This document shows positions 9,840 through 20,337 of a stretch of 64,000 nucleotides of DNA, piece by piece. Below the pieces are notes generated by a model. That model was not told the DNA's origin, did not search any database, and saw only the letters and a list, made by a program, of their open reading frames with translations. This DNA comes from Novosphingobium sp. (GTDB lineage: Bacteria > Pseudomonadota > Alphaproteobacteria > Sphingomonadales > Sphingomonadaceae). Within the stretch, counting starts at the first letter, position 1, and each line of letters opens with the position of its first letter. The DNA lies in the NCBI GenBank assembly GCA_026400375.1, contig JAPLPG010000314.1, positions 1,763-65,762 on the forward strand. The letters run 5' to 3'. A program made the translations under genes and the position numbers.

Positions 9840-9995
9840 GGGGGCAGCTCTCCGATCTGGTAAAACCAAGCATGCAGCATGGCCCATCCATCGCACCTGT
9901 AACAAGTCGCAGTTGGTTCCTGAAACGCACAGGACGATTAAGGCGGCGCTATCACCCGCATGCGGTGAGGCAGCCCATGAGGGAGGATACATCAA

Positions 9996-12343
9996 ATGAA
10001 AACGCTCGCGCACCGGCGATTCGTCGCTGCTGTATTGACCACGACCGCGCTCGCAACCGCGTTCCCGGCCCTGGCCGCCGAGGAGCCGCAGACCGCGCAA
10101 GCCCCGCAGTCCGATGCCCAGGCAACCGAAGGCGCCGAATCCGGCGATACCGGGGCGATCATCGTTACCGCCCGCCGCCGCTCGGAAACGCTGCAGAGCA
10201 CCCCGGTCGCCATCACCGCGGTCAACACCGCGATGCTGCAAAGCAAGGCTGCCGTGAACATCGGCGACCTGCAGGGCGCGGCGCCCGGCCTGCTGATCAC
10301 CCAGCAGAATTCCGGTGCGCAGGCTGCCAACATCTCGATCCGCGGCCTGACCTACGCCGACATCGAAAAGTCGCAGACCCCGACCGTGGGCGTGCTGGTC
10401 GATGGCGTGGTCATCGGCACCAACACCGGCCAGCTGCAGGATGCGTTCGACGTGGCGCAGATCGAAGTGCTGCGCGGACCGCAGGGCACGCTGTTCGGCG
10501 CGAACACCATCGGCGGGGTGATCAACATCCAGCGTTCCAAGCCGACGATGACGCCGGGCGTGAAGGCTGAAGTGAGCTATGGCCGCTGGAACACGTTCTC
10601 GGCCAAGGCGATCGGCAACTATGGCGATGGCGAGACCTGGGGCGTAAAGGCGTGGTACTTCCACAACGAAAGCGACGGGTTCTATCGCAACGTCGTGCGC
10701 AATGTCAGCGCCGGCTGGAGCAATGCCGAAAACTATGGCGCGAGCCTGCTGTTCAAGCCGACCGGTTCGGGCTTCGACGCCCAGCTGACCGTGGCGCAGG
10801 TGGAACAGGTGTTCGATCCGGTGGTGAGCAACATCACCAACAGCACCGAAGTGTTCTGCGGCTTCATTCCGGCACGCGAATGCAACCGCAACACCACCAC
10901 CGACCTGTACACGACCTTCGGCCAGGCAGCTTCGAGCAACTACAAGGCGCCTGAAGCCACGCTGGAAATGAACTATGATGCAGGTCCGGTAAAGCTGACC
11001 TCGATCACCGGCTGGCGCAAGAGCACCGAAGCCCAGACGCAGGACTTCGATGGTTCCTCGACCGACCTGTACTACGTCGATCGCCGCCAGCACTACGAAC
11101 AGTGGAGCCAGGAACTGCGCGCCGCAGGCAATCTGTTCGACGGGTTCGACTATGTCGTCGGCGGGTTCTACTTCCACTCGAAGTATGACCTGACGCAGTG
11201 GTCGCGCGTGTTCGGTTTTGCCCCGACTACGCCGCCCACCCTGTTCGACAAGAACTCGCAGCATGTTGAAGGCCTGACCGAAAGCTATGCTGTGTTCGGC
11301 GACTTCAACTGGAAGGTTGCCGATCAGGTCCGCATCTCGTTCGGTGGCCGTTACAGCCACGATCGCAAGGAGCTGTTCAACGGCTTTGCCGGTGGCAAGC
11401 TGATCGATCCGAACGCGGTGCAGAAGTCCCTGTTCGTGCCTGTCGGCACCGGCAAGGCGAGCTTCAACAAGTTCACCCCCAAGATCGGCATCGACTGGCG
11501 CCCGAACAGCGATACGATGGTCTATGCTTCGTGGTCGCGCGGCTATCGTTCAGGCGGCTTCAGCCCACGTGCTGCAACGGCAGCAACCGCCAGCACGCCG
11601 TTCCAGCCTGAAACGGTCGATTCCTACGAAGTGGGCCTGAAGCTGACCGGCCTCAACGGCCGGGCCGACTTCAACATCGCCGGCTTCATCTCCGACTACA
11701 AGGACATGCAGCAGAACCTGACCGTTCCGGGCGGCCCGACGGGCAACCAGACGGTTACCGGCAACGTTCCGGGCGGCGCGCTGATCAAGGGTATCGAAGT
11801 CGACGGCTCGCTGCGCGTGACCGACAACTTCAAGCTCAGCGGTTCGCTGGCGGTGCTCGATTCCAACTTGCCGGTGGCCCGGTGGCAACGAACGCTTGCG
11901 GTACCGGACTTGTGCCGTTCGATTATTCGGCCAACCGTCTGATCTATGCGCCGAAGTTCACCGCATCGCTTAACGCCGAATACACCTACCCCACCAGCTT
12001 TGGCGATGTGTCGACGAATGTCGGCTGGCGCCATATCTCGCCCTATGACGAGCAGCTTTCGGCAGCGTCGCTGACGCCGACGAAGAACGCCACGGGCCAG
12101 GCGACGCTGGTGACGGTCAACGGCAACGATCCCCGCGTGCGTACCACCACGCAGGATCTGGTCGATGCTTCGCTGACGTTCAACTTCGACATGAACGACA
12201 CCAAGGCCTATGTCCGCGTGTTCGGCCGCAACCTGCTCAACGAGAAGACCACGACCCACGCGTTCACCGTGGCCGGGCTCTGGTCGTTCGGCATGGCGCT
12301 GGAGCCACGCACCTATGGCGCAACGCTGGGCGTGAAGTTCTGA
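9996..12343 (+). CDS. TonB-dependent receptor, frameshifted near 11866
   Basis: Signal peptide, IIVTARRRSE, IEVLRGPQGTLFG, GYRSGGF; second frame (LAGGPVATNAC...) ends PRTYGATLGVKF with terminal Phe. Confidence 0.9.
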
Positions 12344-12370
12344 CGCTGACACGACACTGATCCACCTTGC

Positions 12371-12416
12371 CGGGGACGGTGGCAGGCTTCGGGCTGCTAC
12401 CGTCCCCGCCCTTTTT
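12371..12416 (+). terminator. Rho-independent terminator after TBDR
   Basis: Stem CGGGGACGGTGGCAG / CTGCTACCGTCCCCG followed by CTTTTT. Confidence 0.8.
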
Positions 12417-12509
12417 CAAGGTGGTCCTACGCTTTGACAGGCAAGCGCCCGCGCCTACGGCAGTTTGTGGGTGGTCTGGCTGTCTTTGATCTGGCTGCGG
12501 GTGGTCTGG

Positions 12510-13301
12510 TCAAGCGACCCAGCGGATCGCGTTTTCCACCAGGCGGCGGTATTCCGCGCTGTCATAGGCCGATGGCCCATCGCCCGGCTGAAGATAGACC
12601 AGGCGGCTGTTGATCGCTTGCCTGGCCCAGCCGATCAGGTTCGACCCGGGCGCATGATCCCACCCTTCGCGTGAGAACATCTCGCCCCGGACCGCGCGGT
12701 CGGCCGACCAGAAGTGATCGCGCGTGAACGAGGCCGAGGAGGCCAGCAGCGGGGTCACGTCGTTGCCATAGACTTGCGCAAGATAGAGCTCGTCGGTCAG
12801 GGTGAAGCTGGCAGGCAGGCCGGCCGTGATTGGATGATCGGCGATCACCTGCACGGTATGGTGCACATCGTGGCAATATCCGCTGTCGGGCACAGGCCCC
12901 CGCGGCGTGGGGCCGGGGCGGTAGTGGAACTGCCCGCCCAGCCATTCGTGGTAGTCGGACCATGTGGGCCAACCCGCCAGCGCGTGGTGCAGCGCCACCA
13001 CGCCGGTGCCCTGTTCCAGCAGGGCGCGAAAGCCGGATTTCAGCGCTTCGTCCGGCTCGATATAGGCCGGCGCATTGTCCGGCGCTTCGAAATCAAGCCC
13101 GGGCATGTCATAGAGCACCAGAACATCGAAGCCGCGCATCGCTTCGGGATTCATCAGGCGGGCCGCGGCGGGCTGATCGACCATTGTCGCCGATATGCCC
13201 TCCATGCCCTGGAACATCGCATCAAAGGCGGTGCGATCGAACGGGTGGCCGCGCACGGCGACCAGGCAATTGAGCGGGCTGCGATGGTGGATGATCGGCA
13301 T
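12510..13301 (-). CDS. ThuA domain (class I glutamine amidotransferase-like fold) protein
   Basis: FDVLVLYD, GTGVVALHHA, LGGQF, HPITAGLP..F...DELY, RLVYLQPG, ENAIRW. Confidence 0.8.
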   Translation of the reverse strand: MPIIHHRSPLNCLVAVRGHPFDRTAFDAMFQGMEGISATMVDQPAAARLMNPEAMRGFDVLVLYDMPGLDFEAPDNAPAYIEPDEALKSGFRALLEQGTGVVALHHALAGWPTWSDYHEWLGGQFHYRPGPTPRGPVPDSGYCHDVHHTVQVIADHPITAGLPASFTLTDELYLAQVYGNDVTPLLASSASFTRDHFWSADRAVRGEMFSREGWDHAPGSNLIGWARQAINSRLVYLQPGDGPSAYDSAEYRRLVENAIRWVA

Positions 13302-14314
13302 CAGTCGGCAACTTTCACGATGACCTTGCCCAGCGCCTTGCCCAACAGCATGCGTTCATAGGCAACAAGGGTGTTTTCCAGACCGGCGGTCTCGTCGAGA
13401 TTGACGGTCAGCGTTCCGCCATCGCTCCAATCGCGCAGGACTGGAAGGAACTCGGCGCCGCGATGGAGGAAATCGGGGATAAAGAACCCTTCAATGCGCA
13501 GGCGCCGCATCAGCACCTGGTCAAAGCGGGCAGGGCCGGGCAGCGGGGCATCGTGATCATAGGCGGCGACCATGCCGCAGACCGCCACGCGGCCATAGTG
13601 CGCCATATTGGGCAGGACCGCATCGAGCAGCGGGCCGCCGACGTTGTCGAAATAGGCATGGACCCCGCCTTCGACCGTGGCGAGGCGCGCGGCAACGTCT
13701 TCGGACTTGTAGTCGATGGCCATGTCCACGCCGAGCTGCTCGACAAGGTAGCGGCACTTGTCCGGGCCACCGGCGATGCCGATCACGCGTGCGCCAAGGT
13801 TGCGGCCCACCTGGCAGGCGAGCGATCCCGTGGCGCCGGCGGCCGCAGACACCACCAGCCATTCGCCGGGCTTGATCGCGGCAACCTCCTTGACCCCGAC
13901 ATAGGCCGTCCAGGCATTCATGCCCAGCGCGCCGAAGTGGTGACGCACGTCGGGCAGACCGTCATCCACGGCCTCCAGCCCGGCCAGCGCGGGCGTGACC
14001 ACCGCATGATCGGCCCATTGCCCGAACCCGCGCACCAAAGTGCCCACCGGCCAGGCCGCGTCGCGGCTTTCGCTGATCCGGCCCAGGACCAGCCCGGCCA
14101 TCTTTGCGCCAAGCGGCAGCGGCGGCTGGTAGCCGTCGGTGCGCGGGCTCATCCACATGCGCGTACCGGCGTCCATCGACAGCCAGCCCACCTTCACGCG
14201 CACTTCGCCCTCGCCAAGCGCCGCCAGCGGTTCGGAGCGCAGGCTGAGGGCAGCGGCGAAGTCCGAGCCGCTGGGATGGCGGTCCAGCTGCCAGTAGCGG
14301 TTTTCGATCATCAC
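13301..14314 (-). CDS. NADP-dependent MDR oxidoreductase
   Basis: SMDAGTRMWM, WTAYVG, SAAAGATGS, YFDNVGG, GKVIV. Confidence 0.9.
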   Translation of the reverse strand: MMIENRYWQLDRHPSGSDFAAALSLRSEPLAALGEGEVRVKVGWLSMDAGTRMWMSPRTDGYQPPLPLGAKMAGLVLGRISESRDAAWPVGTLVRGFGQWADHAVVTPALAGLEAVDDGLPDVRHHFGALGMNAWTAYVGVKEVAAIKPGEWLVVSAAAGATGSLACQVGRNLGARVIGIAGGPDKCRYLVEQLGVDMAIDYKSEDVAARLATVEGGVHAYFDNVGGPLLDAVLPNMAHYGRVAVCGMVAAYDHDAPLPGPARFDQVLMRRLRIEGFFIPDFLHRGAEFLPVLRDWSDGGTLTVNLDETAGLENTLVAYERMLLGKALGKVIVKVAD

Positions 14315-14378
14315 AGGTCCTTGCGGCTAACCCCCGCTGCCGACCCTGCGGCCGGCCCTGCGGCCAGAATGCAGGCGC

Positions 14379-14808
14379 TCAGTAGCCCTTGGGGGCGTGC
14401 TGGCGGTGGATGTTGCGGAAGCTGCGCGTCTTGAACAGCCACGTGCCGTCCACCTTCACGCACGTGTCCTCGTAACAGCCCCGGTCGCGCATGGTCGTGC
14501 CGTTCTGATCGTAGACTTCCGAGGTGTAGCTGCGCATCACCGCAGTATCGCCAGCAACCTCGATCGAGCCGGGCCATGCTTCGAACATGATGCCCGGATA
14601 ACCCTTCATCGCCTCGATCCACATCGCCTTGATCGCCGCCCGCCCGCGCGTAGTGCCAAGTTCAGGGTAATCGGGCAGCGACCATTCGGCATCTTCGGCC
14701 CAGGTCGCAGCCCAGGCCTCGGCGTCGACCCGCGTGACGGCATCGGCATAGGTTTCCAGCAGCTAGCGAATGGCAAGAACGGTCTTCGGCGGGGCCGGTG
14801 AAGGGCAT
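14379..14808 (-). pseudogene. NTF2/SnoaL-like protein disrupted by a +1 insertion (~14779) and a TAG (14763-14765); possibly sequencing errors
   Basis: MPFTGPAEDR then in shifted frame LAIR*LLETYADAV...WAEDAEW...GRAAI...GCYEDT..K.DG.WLFKTR. Confidence 0.75.
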
Positions 14809-14890
14809 GGCGGGTCTCTCCTGATTATGGTTGATTGCGGGCCAGACTAACCATCTGCGCCGCCTTGCGGACCTGTGGTTTGGGTGAGGG

Positions 14891-15628
14891 TCAGATCGAG
14901 GCGCCGCCATCGACGCGGAATTCGGCGCCGGTGGCAAAGGCGCTGGCATCGCTGGCAAGGTACACCGCGATGGCGGCGATTTCCTCGGGCTTGCCGAGGC
15001 GCTTCACCGGGTGGACATCGACGAAGCTCTGGTACAGCGCATCGGGATCGCTCGATTGCGCCAGCACCTTGTCGATGATCGGGGTGTGGATCGCGCCGGG
15101 GTGAATCGAGTTGCAGCGAATGCCATAGCCTTGTTGCGCAAAATGCAGCGCGCAGGATTTGGTCATCAGCGTCACCGCCGCCTTGGCCGCATTGTAGGCG
15201 ACGAGGTTGGCCGAGGCCTTCACGCCTGACAGCGAGGACATGTTGATGATCGATCCGCCGTGCGCCTTCATCTTCGGCAGCGCGGCCTGGATGCCCATGA
15301 ACACGCCCAGCACGTCGATATCCAGTTCGTGCCGGAACTGATCGAGCGTGACCTCTTCGATCGAACCGAGCGTGGTGATCCCGGCGTTGTTCACGAGCAC
15401 ATCGATGCGATCACAGGTTGCCACTGCTGCCGCCCACGATGCCTCCTGCGTCACGTCGAGCGAAACGAACCGCACGCCCAGTTCCGTGGCCAGTGCTTCG
15501 CCCGCCGCTGCATCGATATCGGCGATGATGACACTGGCACCTTCAGCCACGTAGGCGCGCGCGATGGCCTCGCCCAGGCCCGATGCCCCGCCGGTGACGA
15601 ACGCGGTCTTTGCTTGCAGAGTACCCAT
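14891..15628 (-). CDS. SDR family oxidoreductase (hydroxysteroid dehydrogenase-like)
   Basis: TGGASGLG, NNAG, YNAAK, IRCNSIHPG, VDGG. Confidence 0.92.
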   Translation of the reverse strand: MGTLQAKTAFVTGGASGLGEAIARAYVAEGASVIIADIDAAAGEALATELGVRFVSLDVTQEASWAAAVATCDRIDVLVNNAGITTLGSIEEVTLDQFRHELDIDVLGVFMGIQAALPKMKAHGGSIINMSSLSGVKASANLVAYNAAKAAVTLMTKSCALHFAQQGYGIRCNSIHPGAIHTPIIDKVLAQSSDPDALYQSFVDVHPVKRLGKPEEIAAIAVYLASDASAFATGAEFRVDGGASI

Positions 15629-15653
15629 CCTGCTCTCCCAGGGTTTCGGCGCG

Positions 15654-16661
15654 TCAGATCAGGACCAGCGTCTTGCCGGTGGTCCGCCCGCTCATCAGGT
15701 CGATGAAGGCTGCGGGCAGCGTCTCGATCCCGGTGCGCACGTTTTCGAGCGGTTTCAGCTTCCCTTGTGCAAAGAGGTGGTCCAGTTCGGACTGCGCCTG
15801 CGCCAGCACTTCGGGATGGTCATAGGTGATGAACCCGCGCATCGTCAGCCGCTTGACGACCAGTTGCCACAGCTGGCGATTGCCGTGCGGATTGTCGGCA
15901 TCGTTGTACTGCGCGATCATGCCGCACACCGCGATGCGGCCGTGCAGGCGCATCAGGGGCATTACCGCTTCCAGCGTTTCGGCCCCGACATTGTCGAAGT
16001 AGACGTCAATGCCATCGGGCGCGGCCTGTGCAATGGCATCGGAAAGATCGGCCGCGGCCTTGTAGTCGATCGCCACGTCGGCACCCAGATCGCGGACGAT
16101 CTGCGCTTTTTCGGGACCGCCCGCCAGGCCGATCACCCGGCACCCCGCTGCCTTTGCCAGTTGGACCACGGTGCTGCCGGTGGCCCCGGCTGCTGCGCTG
16201 ACAAGCACCGTATCGCCCGCGCGCGCCCTGCCGATCTCGAACAATCCGACCCACGCGGTCAGCCCCACTGGCCCGAGCGCGCCCATGTAGTGCTGCAAGG
16301 GCACGCCGGGGGCGGCGTCCACGCGTTCGATGCCCAGCGCGTCTGCGCCCACGACATAATATTCGGACCACACGGCAAAGGTGCGCAACAGCGTTCCCAC
16401 CGGCCAGTCCGGATTGTGCGATTCGACCACTTCGCCCAGCGACATGCCATTGATCGGCGCGCCCAGCGCCACGGGGGGCAGGTAGCTCGGCCGATCATCG
16501 AGAAAGCCGCGAATGGCCGGATCGCACGAACCGACCCGCATCCTGACCAGGATCTCGCCCGGACCGGGCACGGGGCGGGGGACCTCGACCAGGTCGAAGT
16601 CTGCGGGAACGGGCACGCCGGTCGGGCGGCGGGCGAGGACGATCTGGCGCGTTGTTTCCAT
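15654..16661 (-). CDS. NADP-dependent MDR oxidoreductase
   Basis: LARRPTG, CDPAIRG, GLTAWVGL, SAAAGATGS, YFDNVG, TTGKTLV. Confidence 0.9.
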   Translation of the reverse strand: METTRQIVLARRPTGVPVPADFDLVEVPRPVPGPGEILVRMRVGSCDPAIRGFLDDRPSYLPPVALGAPINGMSLGEVVESHNPDWPVGTLLRTFAVWSEYYVVGADALGIERVDAAPGVPLQHYMGALGPVGLTAWVGLFEIGRARAGDTVLVSAAAGATGSTVVQLAKAAGCRVIGLAGGPEKAQIVRDLGADVAIDYKAAADLSDAIAQAAPDGIDVYFDNVGAETLEAVMPLMRLHGRIAVCGMIAQYNDADNPHGNRQLWQLVVKRLTMRGFITYDHPEVLAQAQSELDHLFAQGKLKPLENVRTGIETLPAAFIDLMSGRTTGKTLVLI

Positions 16662-16770
16662 GATGCAGTGCTTAGCGCGTCGGCGCGCCGTGCCGCGCTA
16701 TTCATATCGCTAGGTTACGCGCAAGGCGCGCTTGGACGATCCTGCCGCAAACAAGGCAGAGGAATGGGCG

Positions 16771-17178
16771 ATGGGCATGACTGCGGCAGAGATGATCAAG
16801 TTCGTCGATGATCTTTACGAAGCGACGGGCGTTGGCGATTTCGACAAGGCCGAAACCATGCTCACCGACGATTTCTTCATCACCGAGGCAGACGGGTTGC
16901 CGATGGCCGGGACCTATCGCGGCAAGACCGCGCTGCGGGAGCTGTTTGCCAAGGTCATGGGCATGGTCGATGTCGCCGGGCTCGACCGTGTCGAGACGAC
17001 GGCGGGCAAGGATCACGCCGTCACGATCCTGTCGTTCCGCTTTGCCGACCCGGCGCTGGCCCCTGCCGAGCTGTGCGAAGTGTTCCGCTTCCGCGATGGC
17101 AAATGCTGCGAGATCAAGCCGTACTATTTCGACGTCACGACCTTCCAGGCAGCCGCCAGGGCCAAGCAGGCCGCCTGA
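16771..17178 (+). CDS. NTF2/SnoaL-like protein
   Basis: LYEATGVGDF, GLPMAGTYRG, EVFRFRDGK..EIKPYYFD. Confidence 0.82.
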   Translation: MGMTAAEMIKFVDDLYEATGVGDFDKAETMLTDDFFITEADGLPMAGTYRGKTALRELFAKVMGMVDVAGLDRVETTAGKDHAVTILSFRFADPALAPAELCEVFRFRDGKCCEIKPYYFDVTTFQAAARAKQAA

Positions 17179-17199
17179 TCCGCTGCCGGCCCGGCGCTG

Positions 17200-18288
17200 T
17201 CAGGCAGCGCCGGCGGCCACGGCCTGCTGCCAGGCCAGCGCGGCCAGCTCCGGCAGGACGGCAACGCGCTCTATCGCCTGCGCCGATGACGCGGTGCCGC
17301 GAATGACGCGGCCCTTGATCCCGTGGAAGATGGCGGCGAGGCGGAAGAAGTTGAACGCGATGTAGAAGTCATAGCCCGGCATGTCGCTGCGGCCCATGCG
17401 GCGGCAATAGGCGGCAAGATATTCGGCCTCGCTGGGGATGCCCAGTGCGGCGATATCGCTGCCGGCAAGGCCCGCCACGATATGCGGCGGCATCCGGTAC
17501 ATCATCGCGTTATAGGCAAAGTCGGCGCCGGGGTGGCCAAGGGTGGAAAGCTCCCAATCGAGCACGGCCAGCACGCGCGGCTCGGTCGGGTGGAAGATCA
17601 TGTTGTCGATGCGGAAATCCCCGTGCGTCACGCAGGTCGCATCGTCATCGGCGGGAATGTTGGCGGGCAGCCACGCGATCAGCCGGTCCATGTGCGGATC
17701 GCGGCCAGCATCGGCATCGTCCAGGTACTGCTTGGTCCAGCGGCTGATCTGGCGTTCGAAGTAGTTGCCCGGCCTGCCGAAATCGCCCAGCCCGACCGCT
17801 TCGTGATCGACGCTGTGCAGCGCGGCCATCGTACCGTTCATGGCATCGATGATCGCGGCGCGTTCGGCGATGCTCACGCCCGGCACGGTGGCATCCCAGA
17901 AGATGCGCCCTTCCACCATGTCCATCACATAGAACCACGTGCCGATCACGCTCTCGTCGGTGCACAGGCCGTGGACGTGCGCTACCGGGAAATCGGCGCG
18001 GGCCAGCGCGGTCAGGACCCTGGCCTCGCGCTCCACCGCATGGGCGCCCTTGAGCAGCTGGCCCGGCGGCTTGCGCCGCAGCACATAGGCGCGGCCCGGC
18101 GTGACCAGCTTGTAGGTGGGATTCGATTGCCCGCCCTTGAACTGCTCGACCTGCATCGGCCCGGCAAAACCCGGCACGTTTTGCGCCATCCACGCTGCCA
18201 GCGCGGTTTCATCGAAGCCATAGCCTTCGCGCACGGCGGTGGTGCCGGTGTTCCCGTCCGCGGTCAGTCCGTTGGCCGCACCACTCAC
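17200..18288 (-). CDS. APH-family phosphotransferase (ACAD10/11 kinase domain / LvaA-like)
   Basis: GGQSNPTY, VLRRKP, HGDFRIDN, LDWELSTLGHP; GTG start overlaps the upstream stop. Confidence 0.9.
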   Translation of the reverse strand: MSGAANGLTADGNTGTTAVREGYGFDETALAAWMAQNVPGFAGPMQVEQFKGGQSNPTYKLVTPGRAYVLRRKPPGQLLKGAHAVEREARVLTALARADFPVAHVHGLCTDESVIGTWFYVMDMVEGRIFWDATVPGVSIAERAAIIDAMNGTMAALHSVDHEAVGLGDFGRPGNYFERQISRWTKQYLDDADAGRDPHMDRLIAWLPANIPADDDATCVTHGDFRIDNMIFHPTEPRVLAVLDWELSTLGHPGADFAYNAMMYRMPPHIVAGLAGSDIAALGIPSEAEYLAAYCRRMGRSDMPGYDFYIAFNFFRLAAIFHGIKGRVIRGTASSAQAIERVAVLPELAALAWQQAVAAGAA

Positions 18289-19454
18289 GCGGCCTGTCCC
18301 TTGAGGAAATCGCGCTTCACCTTCTTGGCAAGGCTCCATTTGTGCACTTCGGTCGGGCCGTCATAGATGCGGAAGGCGCGGATTTCGCGGAACACCTGTT
18401 CGACGATGGTATCGCCGGAAACCCCGGCACCGCCCATCACCTGCACGCAACGGTCGGCAATGCGCATCAGCGCCTCGCTCACGGCGACCTTGGCCATCGA
18501 GCTTTCGGCCGTGCCCAGCGATCCTGTATCGAGCACGCCGGCGCACCAGTCGATCATCAGTTCACACTGCTTGATGTCGATCATGTTCTCGGCCAGCATG
18601 AAGCCGACGCCTTCGTGATCGACCAGCAGCTTGCCAAAGGCGCTGCGGGTGCAAGCATAGGCGGTGGCGATCTCCTGTGCGCGCGTCGCTGCGCCCAGCC
18701 AGCGCATGCAGTGGGACAGACGCGCCGGCGACAGGCGGACCTGGGCGTATTTGAACCCCTCTCCGCTCTGACCCAGCATCTGATCGGCCGGGACCCGCAG
18801 GTTTTCGATCGCCACGATCGAGTGGCCGCCGGGCATCGAGCTGTCGATGGTATTAAGCACGCGTTCGATGCGGATGGCGGGATCGGGCAGATCGACGACG
18901 AACATGCAGGCCCCTTCAGCCGACTTCGCCATGACGATGCCGACCTTGGCGCCCTGGGCCCCGGTGATGAACGCCTTGCGGCCATTGATGACCCAGTGGT
19001 TGCCATCGGGCACGCAAGTGGTCTGCATCATCGACGGGTCCGATCCGGCCCCGCCTTCGGCAGCAGGTTCGGTCATCAGGAACGCGGATCGCGCCTCCCC
19101 TGAGACCAGCTGGTTGAGGAACCGCTGCTTGAGTTCGGGCGATCCGACCTTGCCCAGCAGGTACATGTTGCCCTCGTCAGGCGCCATGGTGTTGACCGCC
19201 AGCGGTCCCAGCGGCGAAAGACCCGACGGGATCAGGACAATCGCGGTTTCGCGCTGGGTCAGGTGGCCCCCATCGGGCAGGATGTGCGGCGTCAGCACGC
19301 CCGCCTCCCGCGCCTTTTCGCGCATTTCCATGACCAATTCATCGGGCGGACCGTGGCCGTGCACGGCGATGCGGGGATCGCGTTCGTAGGGGATCACCAC
19401 CTCCCGCACGAAGGTTTCGACGCGGGCGGCAATTTCCTGGGCGCGAGCAGTCAT
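18285..19454 (-). CDS. Acyl-CoA dehydrogenase (ACAD10/11 / LvaC-like)
   Basis: APDEGNM, MTEP...GSD, NGRKAFITG, RLSHCMR, IYDGPTEVH. Confidence 0.92.
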   Translation of the reverse strand: MTARAQEIAARVETFVREVVIPYERDPRIAVHGHGPPDELVMEMREKAREAGVLTPHILPDGGHLTQRETAIVLIPSGLSPLGPLAVNTMAPDEGNMYLLGKVGSPELKQRFLNQLVSGEARSAFLMTEPAAEGGAGSDPSMMQTTCVPDGNHWVINGRKAFITGAQGAKVGIVMAKSAEGACMFVVDLPDPAIRIERVLNTIDSSMPGGHSIVAIENLRVPADQMLGQSGEGFKYAQVRLSPARLSHCMRWLGAATRAQEIATAYACTRSAFGKLLVDHEGVGFMLAENMIDIKQCELMIDWCAGVLDTGSLGTAESSMAKVAVSEALMRIADRCVQVMGGAGVSGDTIVEQVFREIRAFRIYDGPTEVHKWSLAKKVKRDFLKGQAA

Positions 19455-19543
19455 CACATCATCCTGTTTGAGGCCAAAGGCAGCCACGCAATACAATGGC
19501 TTGCACGGTGCCATCGCTTTTCACCCGAGAATCATGCTACAAT

Positions 19544-19556
19544 ATTGTGGAACAAT
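19544..19556. promoter_or_regulatory. Candidate GntR operator in divergent promoter
   Basis: Palindrome ATTGT-GGA-ACAAT between the ACAD and GntR starts. Confidence 0.5.
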
Positions 19557-19602
19557 CAAGTGGGACTGGAAGATCTTGCCGGAAGCCTGCATAAGCGCGG
19601 TT

Positions 19603-20295
19603 ATGGACAGCAACCCGGCCTCCTTCCGCACAGCGGTTTCCGGCAAGAGCCCTGAGCCCGGTGCCGCAGACCCGGAAGGTTCGGCGCAGCGCGTCTATCG
19701 CGGGATCATGAAAGACCTTGAAGAAGGCCGCATGGTCCCGGGGCAATCGCTGGCCGAAACGAAGATCGCCGCGCTCTATGGCGTGGGGCGCAACGCCGTG
19801 CGCGAAGCGATGCAGCAACTGGCCGCGCGCGGGGTGATGGACCTCAGCCGACACCGCTCGCCCGCGATCCGCCTGCTCGACAAGCCGGCAACCTTCGAAA
19901 TCCTGGACGTGGCGGGGGTTATGACGGCGCTGGCGGCGCGATCAGCCGCGCACAACCATGTCCCCCACCAACATGCGGCTCTGACCGAGGCGGCGCTGGC
20001 CATGCTGGTCGAAGCCGATGCCAGCGACGAGCCGGGCATGTTCAGCCGCGCCCGCCGCCACTTCTATCGCGCGCTGCTGCACATCGGCGGCAACCGCGAA
20101 CTGCAGCGGCTGTTTCCGGCTATCGGCATGCACCTGATCTATGCCCAGTATCGCAGCAGGCGGCTGCGCGGGATTCGGCTGGCCGATTATCAGGAGATCA
20201 TGGCCGCCGTGGTTGCCGGAGACCCCGCACGCGCCGAACAGGCCGCGCTGCGGCATGTCGAGAACGTGCGGCAGGTCATTGCCGAGATGCGATAG
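19603..20295 (+). CDS. GntR family regulator (FCD domain)
   Basis: wHTH PGQSLAE..IA..YGVGRNAVREAM..L; FCD-like C-terminus. Confidence 0.88.
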   Translation: MDSNPASFRTAVSGKSPEPGAADPEGSAQRVYRGIMKDLEEGRMVPGQSLAETKIAALYGVGRNAVREAMQQLAARGVMDLSRHRSPAIRLLDKPATFEILDVAGVMTALAARSAAHNHVPHQHAALTEAALAMLVEADASDEPGMFSRARRHFYRALLHIGGNRELQRLFPAIGMHLIYAQYRSRRLRGIRLADYQEIMAAVVAGDPARAEQAALRHVENVRQVIAEMR

Positions 20296-20337
20296 GCACC
20301 GCATCCCGGCCCTTGCCGGCGTCAATGGCCAGAAGCC

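Noticed and set aside
9952-9968. Near-palindrome TCACCCGCATGCGGTGA upstream of the TBDR
   Set aside because: Single GC-rich instance with no second copy or cognate regulator; too weak to call
9840-11360. N-terminal ~500 aa of the 851-aa ORF, suggesting a fusion to the MDR
   Set aside because: It is the antisense of the TBDR; the MDR begins at 9839
12466-12510. Short direct repeats (GGGTGGTCTGG x2), and CCCTGCGGCC x2 near 14345
   Set aside because: Short, low-complexity intergenic duplications with no evident function
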